Below are positions 43,305 to 55,652 of a stretch of 64,000 nt of DNA, in pieces. Each line of letters opens with the position of its first letter. Position 1 is the stretch's first letter. The notes under the pieces were generated by a model that searched no databases, was not told the origin of the DNA, and was given only the letters and a program-made list of their open reading frames with translations. The DNA is taken from the NCBI RefSeq assembly GCF_044647545.1, contig NZ_CP172818.1, one strand, 5' to 3'. The position numbers and the translations under genes are program-made. This stretch comes from Escherichia coli (GTDB lineage: Bacteria; Pseudomonadota; Gammaproteobacteria; Enterobacterales; Enterobacteriaceae).

Positions 43305-44389
43305 TATGCCTCTCCCGTGAGCAACACTGTTTTCGGCATGGCGTAGAGCACTTCTGCGCCTTGCGGGGTGACCAGCACAACATCTTCGATGCGCACGCCC
43401 CCTTGCCCTGGCAAATAAATCCCCGGCTCCACGGTCAGTAACATGCCTGGCTGTAGCGTCGTGGTGTCCCGCGGTGAAAAACGCGGATCTTCATGGACTT
43501 CAATGCCGATAGCATGACCGGTGTTATGACCGAAATAGTCGCCAAATCCAGCCTCGGTAATCACCCGGCGCGCGGCGTCGTCAACCTGCTGGCAGCGCAC
43601 GCCGGGGCGAATCGCGGAGATTGCCGCCAGCTGTGCCTGCAAAACAATCTGATAGACGTCAAACAGCGGGTGAGATTCGGCGCTCACCCCTTCGCCATTC
43701 ACCAGCAAGGTGCGTGTCATATCAGAGCAGTAGCCCTGATAGAGCGCACCGAAATCGAGAGTGACAAACTCGCCCGCTGCAACAATCTTGTCGCTGGCTT
43801 TGCCGTGCGGCAGCGCCCCACGCCAGCCGCTGGCGACAATGGTATCGAAAGAGGCTTTTTCTGCGCCCTGCTGGCGCATAAACCACTCCAGTTCAGCGGC
43901 TATCTCGCGCTCGCTCATCCCCGCCTGAATAAAGCGGCGAATATGCTCAGCACCGCGATCGGCAATCCCACAGGCGAGGCGGATTTTCTCCACCTCCTCT
44001 GGCGTTTTGATTTGCCGCAGCACATCCGGCGTGGCGCTAACCAGTTTCGCATTGAGTTCAGACTGCCAGCGGTGCGCGGTTTCCCAACTCACCTGCTGGC
44101 CCTCAAAACCGAGCGTTTGCAACTGCTCATCGGCAATGATTTGCCTGGCGATGGTGGTCAGCGTGTGCGTCGCATCAAGCAAATGCAGTTGGTAGCCTTG
44201 CGTGCGGGCTTCTACATCTACGTAATAGCGCGAGTCCACCAGAATGTGCGCACTTTCACGGCTAATCAGCACATAGCCTGATCCGGTGGAGATCCCCAGA
44301 TGCGGCTGTTTGTTCTGCCGTGAGGAGAGAAGCACCGCATCCAGTTGTTGCGCCTTAAGCCAGTCGCGCAGCGAGGCAAGTAATGTCAT
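43304..44389 (-). CDS. ypdF: Xaa-Pro aminopeptidase YpdF (M24 family)
   Basis: 361 aa, M24 metallopeptidase motifs ([13 protein letters not shown]). Confidence 0.85.
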   Translation of the reverse strand: MTLLASLRDWLKAQQLDAVLLSSRQNKQPHLGISTGSGYVLISRESAHILVDSRYYVDVEARTQGYQLHLLDATHTLTTIARQIIADEQLQTLGFEGQQVSWETAHRWQSELNAKLVSATPDVLRQIKTPEEVEKIRLACGIADRGAEHIRRFIQAGMSEREIAAELEWFMRQQGAEKASFDTIVASGWRGALPHGKASDKIVAAGEFVTLDFGALYQGYCSDMTRTLLVNGEGVSAESHPLFDVYQIVLQAQLAAISAIRPGVRCQQVDDAARRVITEAGFGDYFGHNTGHAIGIEVHEDPRFSPRDTTTLQPGMLLTVEPGIYLPGQGGVRIEDVVLVTPQGAEVLYAMPKTVLLTGEA

Positions 44390-44403
44390 CAGGATTGTCC
44401 TTC

Positions 44404-45651
44404 TTACAGGCTATCGATTAACAATTTGCCTTTGCGGAACATCATCAGACGCAGGAACACCACCATCAGCGCAGTTATGACTGCCCCCAGCGCGATCCCC
44501 GCCATGTAGACGCCGAGGTTAGTGACCAGCGGCCATGCCCAGATAGCGGACTCCGGGAACCATTGCACTGCGCCCAGCCAGACTGCAGCGGTTGAGCCGA
44601 CAATCGCGCCAACCATATAGGACGGAATGGCGGTGATGGGACTTTCCAGTGCAAACGGAATCGCACCTTCACTGATCCCCATAAACGCCAGGAACATGGC
44701 GGTTTTACCCTGCGGATAAAGCTGAGCACTGAACAGACGTTTGCCGGTTAAACGGCGGTCGATAATGGTCGCCAGACCCAGACCAATCGGCGGAATAACA
44801 ATAGCGATGGAACGCGCGGTAACCGGTAATACGTGGTCAGTGGTAAAGCTGAAGGCAACGAAACCAGCTGCTTTGTTGATCGGGCCACCAAGGTCGATTG
44901 CTGTCGCCGCGGCGATCCCCATCGCGTACATCAGCGCGCCCTTCTCACCTGCGGCAGTCAGCACGGTACGGATACCGCCGTTGATCCAGCCGCCAAAGGG
45001 GGTGATGACGTAGTACATCGCCAGCATGACAAAAATGGCGGAAAGAATCGGTAGCAAAAATGTGGTTTTGAACGCTAACAGGAAATCCGGTAACTGGATT
45101 TTCTGGTTCATCCACTTCACAAGGTAACCGGCAACGATAGATATAATCAGGGCACCAATGAAGGTGGACGGTACCGGCGAAGAGGTCGCCCATTGCATAG
45201 TGCTGGGATCGAAGTTCAGCAGTTGCGTCGGCTGGGTAGACATCAACCCGCCGATAAAACCAGCCGGGAACGCCAGTTTGCCACCGATAGAGTTCGCCAC
45301 AAATGCAGCAAACATCGGAATGGCAAAACCAAACAACACGCCGCCGAAGGACTGCGACAACCAGGCAAATTTCAGTAAGGAGAGGTCGAAACCGGAGAAT
45401 TTCCCGCTATTAAGAGCATCCATGATGCCGATATCAGCAGGAATTTTAAGCCAGCTATAAGCAATCAGCTGGCTGAAAGCGAGGATCACACCGCCCATAA
45501 TTAAGGTCGGCACCATGCGTGAAATCCCTGACATCACATGCTGCGGGAGTTCACCCCAGAAGCTGCTTTTAGAGGCCTGCGGATTCTTAACTGCCGCTGC
45601 CGCACCGGATGCGCCAGGCACAACGGTTGCACTGCGTTTTTTAATGGCCAT
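44404..45651 (-). CDS. fryC: PTS fructose-like EIIC component FryC
   Basis: 415 aa polytopic membrane protein, fructose-family IIC. Confidence 0.9.
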   Translation of the reverse strand: MAIKKRSATVVPGASGAAAAVKNPQASKSSFWGELPQHVMSGISRMVPTLIMGGVILAFSQLIAYSWLKIPADIGIMDALNSGKFSGFDLSLLKFAWLSQSFGGVLFGFAIPMFAAFVANSIGGKLAFPAGFIGGLMSTQPTQLLNFDPSTMQWATSSPVPSTFIGALIISIVAGYLVKWMNQKIQLPDFLLAFKTTFLLPILSAIFVMLAMYYVITPFGGWINGGIRTVLTAAGEKGALMYAMGIAAATAIDLGGPINKAAGFVAFSFTTDHVLPVTARSIAIVIPPIGLGLATIIDRRLTGKRLFSAQLYPQGKTAMFLAFMGISEGAIPFALESPITAIPSYMVGAIVGSTAAVWLGAVQWFPESAIWAWPLVTNLGVYMAGIALGAVITALMVVFLRLMMFRKGKLLIDSL

Positions 45652-45672
45652 AACAATTATCCCTGTCGAATA

Positions 45673-45999
45673 TTACTGTTGTTCAGAGGCAATCATCTCT
45701 TCGATTTCTTTGATGATGCCCGCAGCGTTTTTAATTGCGTCCTGCAAAGTGATTTCATAAACGTCGCGTGATTCGAAACGTTCGTTATCTTCCGGGGTAA
45801 CCGCCACGGAGTGGATGATGATGGTCGCTTCGGCGATATCCTGCGCGGTCAGGCGATTCTGGATACCGTCCGCGCCCTGAGTTTCAATTTTCACTTCATA
45901 GCCTGCTTCCACCGCCGCTTCTTCCAGCGCCTGGGCTGCCATAAAGGTGTGAGCCAGACCCATCGGGCAGGCACATAAAGCAATCAGTTTCTTACTCAT
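45673..45999 (-). CDS. fryB: PTS fructose-like EIIB component FryB
   Basis: ORF 45673-46050; start chosen at MSKKLIALCACPMG (108 aa), with the IIB active-site Cys motif. Confidence 0.85.
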   Translation of the reverse strand: MSKKLIALCACPMGLAHTFMAAQALEEAAVEAGYEVKIETQGADGIQNRLTAQDIAEATIIIHSVAVTPEDNERFESRDVYEITLQDAIKNAAGIIKEIEEMIASEQQ

Positions 46000-46217
46000 C
46001 GTTAATTCCTCGTTCAGTGATAGTTGACGAGTGAAATTATGAACGTGCAAAACAAATCGCCGTTACCAGACAAATAATGCATTTACTGGAGAATTAATCC
46101 CGCTGTACGGAAGTGTGACGCAGGTCGGCCTTGTGAGGTGACACAAAGAAAAATTGAATTAACTGTATGATTTAAAAGATTATCGGGAGAGTTATCTCCC
46201 GATTTGACAGGAAGGAT

Positions 46218-47183
46218 TTACAGAATGTGACCTAAGGTCTGGCGTAAATGTGCACCGGAACCGAGAAGACCCGGATTGTCATGGACGATGAGATATACCG
46301 GAATATCATGGACATATTCCTTAAAGCGCCCTTTATCTTCAAATGCGGCGCGGAAACCAGAGGCTTTGAAGAACTCAAGGAAGCGCGGCACGATACCACC
46401 CGCAATAAACACGCCGCCAAATGTCCCGAGATTGAGCGCCAGATTGCCGCCAAAACGGCCCATAATGACGCAAAACAGCGACAACGCGCGGCGGCAATCG
46501 GTGCAGCTGTCAGCCAGCGCGCGTTCGGTAATATCTTTTGGCTTGAGATTTTCTGGCAGGCGGTTGTCGGCTTTAACAATTGCGCGATACAAATTCACCA
46601 GCCCAGGGCCAGAAAGCACGCGCTCTGCCGAAACATGACCAATTTCTGCACGCAGTATTTCGAGGATAATGCCCTCTTCTTCACTATTCGGCGCAAAATC
46701 AACGTGACCGCCTTCGCCTGGCAAGCTTACCCAACGCTTATCGACATGGACCAGATGCGCAACCCCTAGCCCCGTTCCGGCACCGTAAACCGCAATAGGC
46801 TTACCTTCTACCGGTTCTGCGCCACCAAACTGAATCAGATGCTCTTTTTTCAGCATCGGGATCGCCATCGATACAGCAGTAAAATCGTTAATAATTTCCA
46901 GATGGCTAAAACCGAGATTCTTTTTCATTTCGGCAATTGAGAACGCCCAGGTATGGTTGGTCATTGCCACCCAGTCACCGGTAATTGGGCAAGCGATGGC
47001 AATACAGCCGTCTTTCACCTCGACCTTATGTTCTTCAAGATAAACGCGAATGACCGCTTCGAGGCTGGGGTAATCAAGCCCTGAATAGGTCTTAGCCTGC
47101 GAGATTTCACCACTGGCAATATCACACAGAGCAAGACGTGCGTTGGTGCCGCCCACATCACCGACTAATGCATACTTTGTCAT
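46218..47183 (-). CDS. glk: Glucokinase
   Basis: 321 aa, N-terminal [18 protein letters not shown]-binding motif. Confidence 0.92.
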   Translation of the reverse strand: MTKYALVGDVGGTNARLALCDIASGEISQAKTYSGLDYPSLEAVIRVYLEEHKVEVKDGCIAIACPITGDWVAMTNHTWAFSIAEMKKNLGFSHLEIINDFTAVSMAIPMLKKEHLIQFGGAEPVEGKPIAVYGAGTGLGVAHLVHVDKRWVSLPGEGGHVDFAPNSEEEGIILEILRAEIGHVSAERVLSGPGLVNLYRAIVKADNRLPENLKPKDITERALADSCTDCRRALSLFCVIMGRFGGNLALNLGTFGGVFIAGGIVPRFLEFFKASGFRAAFEDKGRFKEYVHDIPVYLIVHDNPGLLGSGAHLRQTLGHIL

Positions 47184-47386
47184 TCTTCAACTGCTCCGCT
47201 AAAGTCAAAATAATTCTTTCTCACACTGTAAATACCTGGGGGCATAACAACAACGCCGGAAAGGCAGGCTCCCTGTAAATATCGATCTGGGTCACACAAT
47301 TACTTTATCGTTTCAGCACCAATTGCAGCGATGCCTTTTTGCAAGCTGGGCAAACTAAGTATCTGACCCCGCATAAGGAATAGAAC

Positions 47387-48643
47387 ATGCTCCATCCGCG
47401 AGCCAGAACCATGTTGTTATTATCGCTCCCCGCCGTGGCAATTGGGATTGCGTCCAGTCTTATTCTGATTGTGGTGATGAAAATCGCCTCGGTATTACAG
47501 AATTTGCTCTGGCTACGACTGCCGGGAACTCTGGGGATAGCCCAGGATTCACCTTTCTGGATCATCGCCATATTAACGCTAACAGGTATTGCGGTGGGGT
47601 TGGTTATCCGTTTCAGCCAGGGGCATGCTGGACCTGACCCCGCCTGTGAACCGCTGATCGGCGCACCAGTTCCGCCCTCTGCGCTACCAGGACTTATCGT
47701 AGCATTAATTCTCGGTCTTGCTGGCGGCGTCAGCCTGGGGCCGGAACATCCGATCATGACCGTCAATATCGCCCTTGCGGTTGCGATAGGTGCTCGTCTG
47801 TTACCGCGCGTCAACCGGATGGAGTGGACTATTTTAGCCTCTGCTGGAACTATCGGCGCGCTGTTTGGCACACCTGTTGCGGCGGCGTTGATATTTTCGC
47901 AAACCTTAAATGGCAGTAGTGAAGTCCCGCTATGGGATCGTCTCTTTGCGCCGTTAATGGCGGCGGCGGCTGGTGCGCTAACCACCGGATTGTTTTTCCA
48001 TCCTCATTTTTCACTGCCCATTGCGCATTATGGGCAGATGGAGATGACCGATATTCTCAGCGGTGCAATTGTGGCGGCGATTGCCATCGCAGCAGGGATG
48101 GTTGCCGTATGGTGTCTGCCACGGTTGCACGCGATGATGCATCAGATTAAAAATCCGGTGCTAATGCTGGGAGTGGGCGGATTTATTCTCGGTATTCTGG
48201 GGGTTATTGCTGGACCAGTTTCGCTATTTAAAGGGCTGGATGAGATGCAGCAGATGGTGGCAAATCAGGCTTTCAGCACCAGCGATTACTTTTTGCTGGC
48301 CGTGATTAAACTTGCCGCTCTCGTGGTTGCTGCCGCCAGTGGCTTTCGCGGTGGGCGAATCTTCCCGGCAGTGTTTGTCGGGGTGGCATTAGGGTTGATG
48401 CTGCATGAGCACGTTCCCGCCGTTCCAGCGGCAATAACCGTTTCCTGCGCTATTCTCGGCATCGTGCTGGTGGTAACACGCGATGGCTGGTTAAGTCTTT
48501 TTATGGCGGCAGTCGTTGTACCCAATACCACATTGCTACCGCTGCTCTGTATCGTCATGCTTCCGGCATGGCTGTTATTAGCAGGTAAGCCGATGATGAT
48601 GGTCAATCGTCCGAAGCAACAGCCACCCCACGATAACGTTTAG
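47387..48643 (+). CDS. yfeO: ClC-related putative ion-transport membrane protein YfeO
   Basis: 418 aa polytopic membrane protein. Confidence 0.85.
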   Translation: MLHPRARTMLLLSLPAVAIGIASSLILIVVMKIASVLQNLLWLRLPGTLGIAQDSPFWIIAILTLTGIAVGLVIRFSQGHAGPDPACEPLIGAPVPPSALPGLIVALILGLAGGVSLGPEHPIMTVNIALAVAIGARLLPRVNRMEWTILASAGTIGALFGTPVAAALIFSQTLNGSSEVPLWDRLFAPLMAAAAGALTTGLFFHPHFSLPIAHYGQMEMTDILSGAIVAAIAIAAGMVAVWCLPRLHAMMHQIKNPVLMLGVGGFILGILGVIAGPVSLFKGLDEMQQMVANQAFSTSDYFLLAVIKLAALVVAAASGFRGGRIFPAVFVGVALGLMLHEHVPAVPAAITVSCAILGIVLVVTRDGWLSLFMAAVVVPNTTLLPLLCIVMLPAWLLLAGKPMMMVNRPKQQPPHDNV

Positions 48644-48757
48644 CAAAAAATGCTCTCCTTTATGATTTAAGAGTTATGGCGATGATACGGGGCTTTACCT
48701 CCCCGTAATATTGCGTTAACAGGCCGCTGACGGCTTCGATCGTGAAGGAGAATAACA

Positions 48758-49084
48758 ATGTTCAGGTCACTGTTTCTGGCGGCCGCCCTGATGGCATTTA
48801 CCCCGCTTGCGGCAAACGCAGGTGAAATCACCCTACTGCCATCAATCAAATTACAAATTGGCGATCGCGATCATTACGGTAATTACTGGGACGGTGGTCA
48901 CTGGCGCGACCGTGACTACTGGCATCGCAATTATGAATGGCGTAAGAACCGCTGGTGGCGTCATGATAATGGCTACCACCGTGGCTGGGATAAGCGTAAA
49001 GCCTATGAGCGTGGCTATCGTGAAGGCTGGCGCGATCGTGATGATCATCGCGGAAAAGGCCGCGGACATGGGCATCGCCATTAA
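48758..49084 (+). CDS. ypeC: Secreted DUF2502-type protein YpeC
   Basis: 108 aa: signal peptide then a strongly charged W/R/D/H-rich repetitive region. Confidence 0.8.
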
Positions 49085-49107
49085 ACACATTTGCCAATGG
49101 AGCACAA

Positions 49108-49197
49108 TGCCTGATGCGACGCTAGCGCGTCTTATCAGGCCTACAAACCAGCTCTTTAACGCGTAGGGCGGATAAAGCATTTACGCCGCATCCGCCA
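49108..49197. repeat. REP/BIME element (two inverted REP units) between ypeC and mntH
   Basis: TGCCTGATGCGACGCTAGCGCGTCTTATCAGGCCTAC and inverted GGCGGATGCGGCGTAAATGCTTTATCCGCCCTAC match REP palindromic-unit consensus. Confidence 0.75.
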
Positions 49198-49224
49198 ATG
49201 GTGCCAAATGCGACGCTCATTCAA

Positions 49225-50472
<1,248 letters not shown>

Positions 50473-50475
50473 CTA

Positions 50476-50497
50476 AAACATAGCCTTTGCTATGTTT
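50476..50497. promoter_or_regulatory. MntR operator palindrome upstream of mntH
   Basis: AAACATAGCCTTTGCTATGTTT, perfect 9-bp arms, matching the MntR box as I recall it. Confidence 0.6.
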
Positions 50498-50513
50498 CAT
50501 GCTATGTCAAACG

Positions 50514-50532
50514 AGAATGATTATCAAATTCA
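50514..50532. promoter_or_regulatory. Candidate Fur box upstream of mntH
   Basis: GAGAATGATTATCAAATTC resembles the GATAATGATAATCATTATC Fur consensus. Confidence 0.45.
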
Positions 50533-50798
50533 TTTAAGTGGATTGTGATGATTTCTTTGATAGACCAGAATTATGACGACGAAAAGATTGATGACTTGAA
50601 TGTTGTGATTATGTTTAATGTTAGCACATTTACATAACTTTCAGCTTCCATACACAACATAGCAGAAATGTATGACAGCTCACTATTTTTGAAGCTTGTC
50701 ACAGGACGTCATTATAGTGTGTGTCAGATCTCGTTTTCCTTAACCATGTTACATAGAATGTGCACGGAAATTTAACCTGCCTCATATTTGGAGCAAAT

Positions 50799-52001
50799 AT
50801 GGACCGCGTCCTTCATTTTGTACTGGCACTTGCCGTTGTTGCGATTCTCGCACTGCTGGTAAGCAGCGACCGCAAAAAAATTCGTATCCGTTATGTTATT
50901 CAACTGCTTGTTATCGAAGTGTTACTGGCGTGGTTCTTCCTGAACTCCGACGTTGGTTTGGGCTTCGTGAAAGGCTTCTCCGAAATGTTTGAGAAACTGC
51001 TCGGATTTGCCAACGAAGGGACTAACTTCGTCTTTGGTAGCATGAATGATCAAGGCCTGGCATTCTTCTTCCTGAAAGTGCTGTGCCCAATCGTCTTTAT
51101 CTCTGCGCTGATCGGTATTCTCCAGCACATTCGCGTGCTGCCAGTGATTATCCGCGCAATTGGTTTCCTGCTCTCCAAAGTCAACGGTATGGGCAAACTG
51201 GAATCCTTTAACGCCGTCAGCTCTCTGATTCTGGGTCAGTCTGAAAACTTTATTGCCTATAAAGATATCCTCGGCAAAATCTCCCGCAATCGTATGTACA
51301 CCATGGCAGCCACGGCGATGTCCACCGTGTCGATGTCCATCGTTGGTGCATACATGACCATGCTGGAGCCGAAATACGTCGTTGCGGCGCTGGTACTGAA
51401 CATGTTCAGCACCTTTATCGTGCTGTCGCTGATCAACCCTTACCGTGTTGATGCCAGTGAAGAAAATATTCAGATGTCCAACCTGCACGAAGGTCAGAGC
51501 TTCTTCGAAATGCTGGGTGAATACATTCTGGCAGGTTTCAAAGTTGCCATTATCGTTGCCGCAATGCTGATCGGCTTTATCGCCCTGATCGCCGCGCTGA
51601 ACGCACTGTTTGCCACCGTGACTGGCTGGTTTGGCTACAGCATCTCCTTCCAGGGCATCCTGGGCTACATCTTCTATCCGATTGCATGGGTGATGGGTGT
51701 TCCTTCCAGTGAAGCACTGCAAGTGGGCAGTATCATGGCGACCAAACTGGTTTCCAACGAGTTCGTTGCGATGATGGATCTGCAGAAAATTGCTTCCACG
51801 CTCTCTCCGCGTGCTGAAGGCATCATCTCTGTGTTCCTGGTTTCCTTCGCTAACTTCTCATCAATCGGGATTATCGCAGGTGCAGTTAAAGGCCTGAATG
51901 AAGAGCAAGGTAACGTGGTTTCTCGCTTCGGTCTGAAACTGGTTTACGGCTCTACCCTGGTGAGTGTGCTGTCTGCGTCAATCGCAGCACTGGTGCTGTA
52001 A
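50799..52001 (+). CDS. nupC: Nucleoside:H+ symporter NupC (CNT family)
   Basis: ORF 50760-52001; start chosen at MDRVLHF (400 aa). Confidence 0.9.
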
Positions 52002-52038
52002 GACCATACAGGGATAATTCCCCGGTTTTTTACGCCTG

Positions 52039-54228
52039 TTAATCAGCTAATGGCTGCGGGCGACCAATCAAATACCCTTGCAGATATTGCACCCCGAGCT
52101 TATGCAATAGCGCCTGCTGCTGTTGCGTCTCGACAAACTCAGCGACCACACTCAATGACTTCGCTTTCGCCAGATCGGTAATTGATCTCACAATCATCGC
52201 ATCCAGCGTATTCGTGACGATATCTTTCACAAAGACGCCATCAATTTTGATGATATCAGCCTGCAAACGTTTTAACCGTTCGTAGTTGGCATAGCCGGTG
52301 CCAAAGTCATCAATCGCAATCCGGAAACCAAACTTATGCAGTTGCTCGATGTTGTACATGCTGCTTTCTGCGTTAGAAAACGCCTGCTCCTCGGTGATCT
52401 CAAGAATGACCGCCTGCGGGGAGATGTGATAACGCTTAAACAGACGAATAATCCGCCCGGCAATATTCTTTTGCAGCAGCGTGAGCGGCATTAAATTGAC
52501 TGAAAAGCGCGGGCCTTTTTTGTCGCAAGGATGTGTTGCCAGCCACTTCAACAGGGATTCCAGCACTTGCAAATCAAAACGCGCGCTAAGGTTAAACTGA
52601 GCAATAAGGGGCAGAAACTTATCCGGGGTCATAATGCCGCCGTCATATTTCAGTCGCGCGAGGATCTCATCATAACCTTCACCCTCTTTGTTGCGAATTG
52701 GCTGGGCGTAGAGCAGCAAATCACCCTGATCTAACGCCGTACGAATGGTATTCAGCAATAGCACCTGTTTAGTGGTCTGCCCGGAAACCATCTCCTCTCT
52801 GCTATCCAGCGCCAGCACATGGTGATGTGCGCAGGATTGCTCCGCCAGCCAGCTTAACTGCCCCAACAAGGGTTGCAGGGTTTCCTGATTTCCATCAAAA
52901 CGCCCCCAGGCAGCACCATAGCCCATATCCAGCCCGGTATTGTTCCAGTGAATTTGCCGACTATTCAGGATGTTAACCATATGCTGGAGTCGCCCTTCCG
53001 TTTCCGGCCCGCTCAGCACTAACAGCAGTTCACTACCCGGCAATTGATACAACTTTTCGTTTTCCTGCATCAACGGCAGCAGCGTACGGTAAATTGAGCG
53101 GATACAGTGAACGCGCATCATTAAGCCGTAATGACGACTCATAAACTCAAGATTATCAATGCGCAGGCAACAAAAACTCTTGCCCGCCTCTTGCTCCGGC
53201 GCTTGCTCCAACGCACGAAAGTTGGGTAGGAGCGTTAACGGATCGGTCAGCGCCTGCAAATGCCAGCGGCGGTTAAGCCATTCACTACGATGATAAATAC
53301 GCACCATATAGAGCAGGCAAACACTAAAGGAAATCAGTACTGCGAGAATAAATGCCAGCGAATATTCGGTTAGTACCCCTTGCAAAAAGTTCTGGTTATA
53401 ATTCAGAAGGCAAAGCGTTGAAACAGCCCAGGTGAGATTTAAAAACGGATAGCGAAGCTTACCGACACCGAGGGTAAAGATGATAAAGAAAACAGGTACC
53501 AGGTAACCGGCAATAAAGTCATTTTCATACGGTGTGCACATCAGAAGTAGCAGCACGCTAAGAGCTGCCAGCCAGCTTAAGGTAAATGCGCGTTTCTCTT
53601 TGCTCAACGACGGAGCGATATCCCTGCGCCACAATATCTGTGCAAAGTGGGGACTTACAATCATGCGGGTGAGATAGTAAAAAAGCATGTTGTAAATCAG
53701 CACTGCGGTGAAAAGGCTTAGCAAATCAACGACCGTGAAAATGGCATCCGCATCGCCGAAAAAGGTGGATATCTTTAGCGGGAAATCAAAAAAGCTCCCC
53801 ACAAGATACATGCTGCATTTGATGCCGATCGGCGTCACCAAACCAAGCCAGAAAAGACGTTGCCAGACATATCGGCTGGTCAATCCATATCGCCAACGCG
53901 TCCCCAGCTGCCAGCGTAATATTGCGCAGGCACACAACACAACAAACGTCTGGCTGCCGAGCATGACCGCGGTCTGTAAAAAAGAGAGATGAAAGTTCCA
54001 CAGATTGGTGCAAAACATCCCGCATAAAATGGGAACGACACCGCGCCAGCCAAAGATAAACAAGATTGACAGCATTACGCACAGTGGCATCCACGCCAGA
54101 AAGATATAACTGGAATGGATAACAGCAAGTGGCGAAATAAAACGGGATAGCTGAATAAGTACCACGGTGAGCGTAAACGCTAGTGTGAATATCTTGATAT
54201 TTTTTATCAGGTTATGCTCCACAAACAT
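52039..54228 (-). CDS. pdeA: Membrane c-di-GMP phosphodiesterase YfeA/PdeA (MASE1 + degenerate GGDEF + EAL)
   Basis: ORF 52039-54402; start chosen at MFVEHNLIK (729 aa); C-terminal EAL domain. Confidence 0.85.
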   Translation of the reverse strand: MFVEHNLIKNIKIFTLAFTLTVVLIQLSRFISPLAVIHSSYIFLAWMPLCVMLSILFIFGWRGVVPILCGMFCTNLWNFHLSFLQTAVMLGSQTFVVLCACAILRWQLGTRWRYGLTSRYVWQRLFWLGLVTPIGIKCSMYLVGSFFDFPLKISTFFGDADAIFTVVDLLSLFTAVLIYNMLFYYLTRMIVSPHFAQILWRRDIAPSLSKEKRAFTLSWLAALSVLLLLMCTPYENDFIAGYLVPVFFIIFTLGVGKLRYPFLNLTWAVSTLCLLNYNQNFLQGVLTEYSLAFILAVLISFSVCLLYMVRIYHRSEWLNRRWHLQALTDPLTLLPNFRALEQAPEQEAGKSFCCLRIDNLEFMSRHYGLMMRVHCIRSIYRTLLPLMQENEKLYQLPGSELLLVLSGPETEGRLQHMVNILNSRQIHWNNTGLDMGYGAAWGRFDGNQETLQPLLGQLSWLAEQSCAHHHVLALDSREEMVSGQTTKQVLLLNTIRTALDQGDLLLYAQPIRNKEGEGYDEILARLKYDGGIMTPDKFLPLIAQFNLSARFDLQVLESLLKWLATHPCDKKGPRFSVNLMPLTLLQKNIAGRIIRLFKRYHISPQAVILEITEEQAFSNAESSMYNIEQLHKFGFRIAIDDFGTGYANYERLKRLQADIIKIDGVFVKDIVTNTLDAMIVRSITDLAKAKSLSVVAEFVETQQQQALLHKLGVQYLQGYLIGRPQPLAD

Positions 54229-54435
54229 GAGTACACTACTCTCACTGATCGGGGTTTTCAGGCACACAAATAATAAGTTTATTCGCATCGCGAAGCAAAC
54301 AGGGGCCAGCCTGTTGCCGATTTTCCATCCAATGATGCTTTCACCAGGCGGCGCTAACCCGGACGTAGACTGTATTACAAAAGCGGCAAAAAGCAGAGAC
54401 AAAAAAACCCCGCTTTACAGCGAGGGTTTGAAATT

Positions 54436-54511
<76 letters not shown>

Positions 54512-54550
54512 ACGAGGCGTTTACGTACCAAATTTGCTGGGTGCAAAATT

Positions 54551-54626
<76 letters not shown>

Positions 54627-54861
54627 GTCACGTAAAGCTTGTCGAGTTGACGGGCGGCATCATATGAATTCCGCCCGAATGTGTCAACGGCAAATTGCAA
54701 CCTGTAGTTTCAATCGCTGAAAAATCAGGCAAATGAACAATTTTGGAAAACCGCTCGCATTCAGTAGTTATTCATGTCACGGTTTCCTGTAAAGTGGTGT
54801 TATAAAATGAACTACTAATAGACCCACATACATTCAGGGAATTGTTATGTTCAAGGAGAGG

Positions 54862-55206
54862 ATGACGCCAGATGAACTTGCCAGACTGACCGGCTATAGC
54901 CGCCAGACCATTAATAAATGGGTACGCAAGGAAGGCTGGACAACGTCACCAAAACCAGGCGTCCAGGGTGGCAAAGCTCGACTGGTTCACGTCAATGAAC
55001 AGGTTCGTGAATATATTCGCAATGCTGAACGTCCGGAAAGTCAGGGAGAAGCGCCAGCCCTTTCTGGTGATGCGCCGCTTGAAGTATTGCTGGTGACACT
55101 GGCGAAAGAGATGACGCCAGTTGAACAAAAACAGTTTACATCCTTGCTTCTGCGGGAAGGGATTATCGGATTGTTACAACGCTTAGGGATTCGCGATAGC
55201 AAATAA
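54862..55206 (+). CDS. yfeC: Small putative DNA-binding protein YfeC
   Basis: ORF 54847-55206; HTH-like LARLTGYSRQTINKWVRKEGW; paralogous to downstream YfeD. Confidence 0.75.
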   Translation: MTPDELARLTGYSRQTINKWVRKEGWTTSPKPGVQGGKARLVHVNEQVREYIRNAERPESQGEAPALSGDAPLEVLLVTLAKEMTPVEQKQFTSLLLREGIIGLLQRLGIRDSK

Positions 55207-55207
55207 T

Positions 55208-55600
55208 ATGAAAAGATTACGCAATAAAATGACCACCGAAGAACTGGCTGAATGCCTCGGTGTGGCTAAACAAACTGTTAACCGTTGGATCAGAGAAAAA
55301 GGCTGGAAAACGGAAAAATTTCCCGGCGTGAAAGGAGGTCGTGCCAGACTTATTCTGGTCGATACGCAAGTTTGCGAGTTTATTCAGAACACGCCAGCCT
55401 TCCATAACACGCCGATGCTTCTGGAAGCCGAAGAACCCCTTGCCGAATACGCACCGGGGATTCGCACTCCTGCTTATCGGCAAATCATCAGCGCAATAGA
55501 CAACATGACTCACAGTGAGCAGGAAAAAGTTGCGCAATTTTTGTCACGCGAAGGAATTCGTAATTTCCTTGCTCGTCTCGATATTGACGAATCAGCATAA
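55208..55600 (+). CDS. yfeD: Small putative DNA-binding protein YfeD (YfeC paralog)
   Basis: 130 aa; LAECLGVAKQTVNRWIREKGW parallels the YfeC HTH. Confidence 0.75.
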   Translation: MKRLRNKMTTEELAECLGVAKQTVNRWIREKGWKTEKFPGVKGGRARLILVDTQVCEFIQNTPAFHNTPMLLEAEEPLAEYAPGIRTPAYRQIISAIDNMTHSEQEKVAQFLSREGIRNFLARLDIDESA

Positions 55601-55652
55601 ATAAAAAAACGGCAGGATATTATCTCCTGCCGTTTATCTTTTTATACGCTAA

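Noticed and set aside
43493-44281. 262-aa plus-strand ORF overlapping ypdF
   Set aside because: Antisense to the M24 peptidase gene; no independent support.
47305-47985. 226-aa minus-strand ORF overlapping yfeO
   Set aside because: Antisense to the membrane-protein gene yfeO; proline/alanine-rich junk translation.
50922-51722. 266-aa minus-strand ORF inside nupC
   Set aside because: Antisense to nupC; H/C/G-rich composition unlike a real protein.
54847-55600. yfeC-yfeD as a possible toxin-antitoxin pair
   Set aside because: They are two small paralogous HTH proteins of similar size with no toxin-like domain; adjacent paralogs, not a TA architecture.
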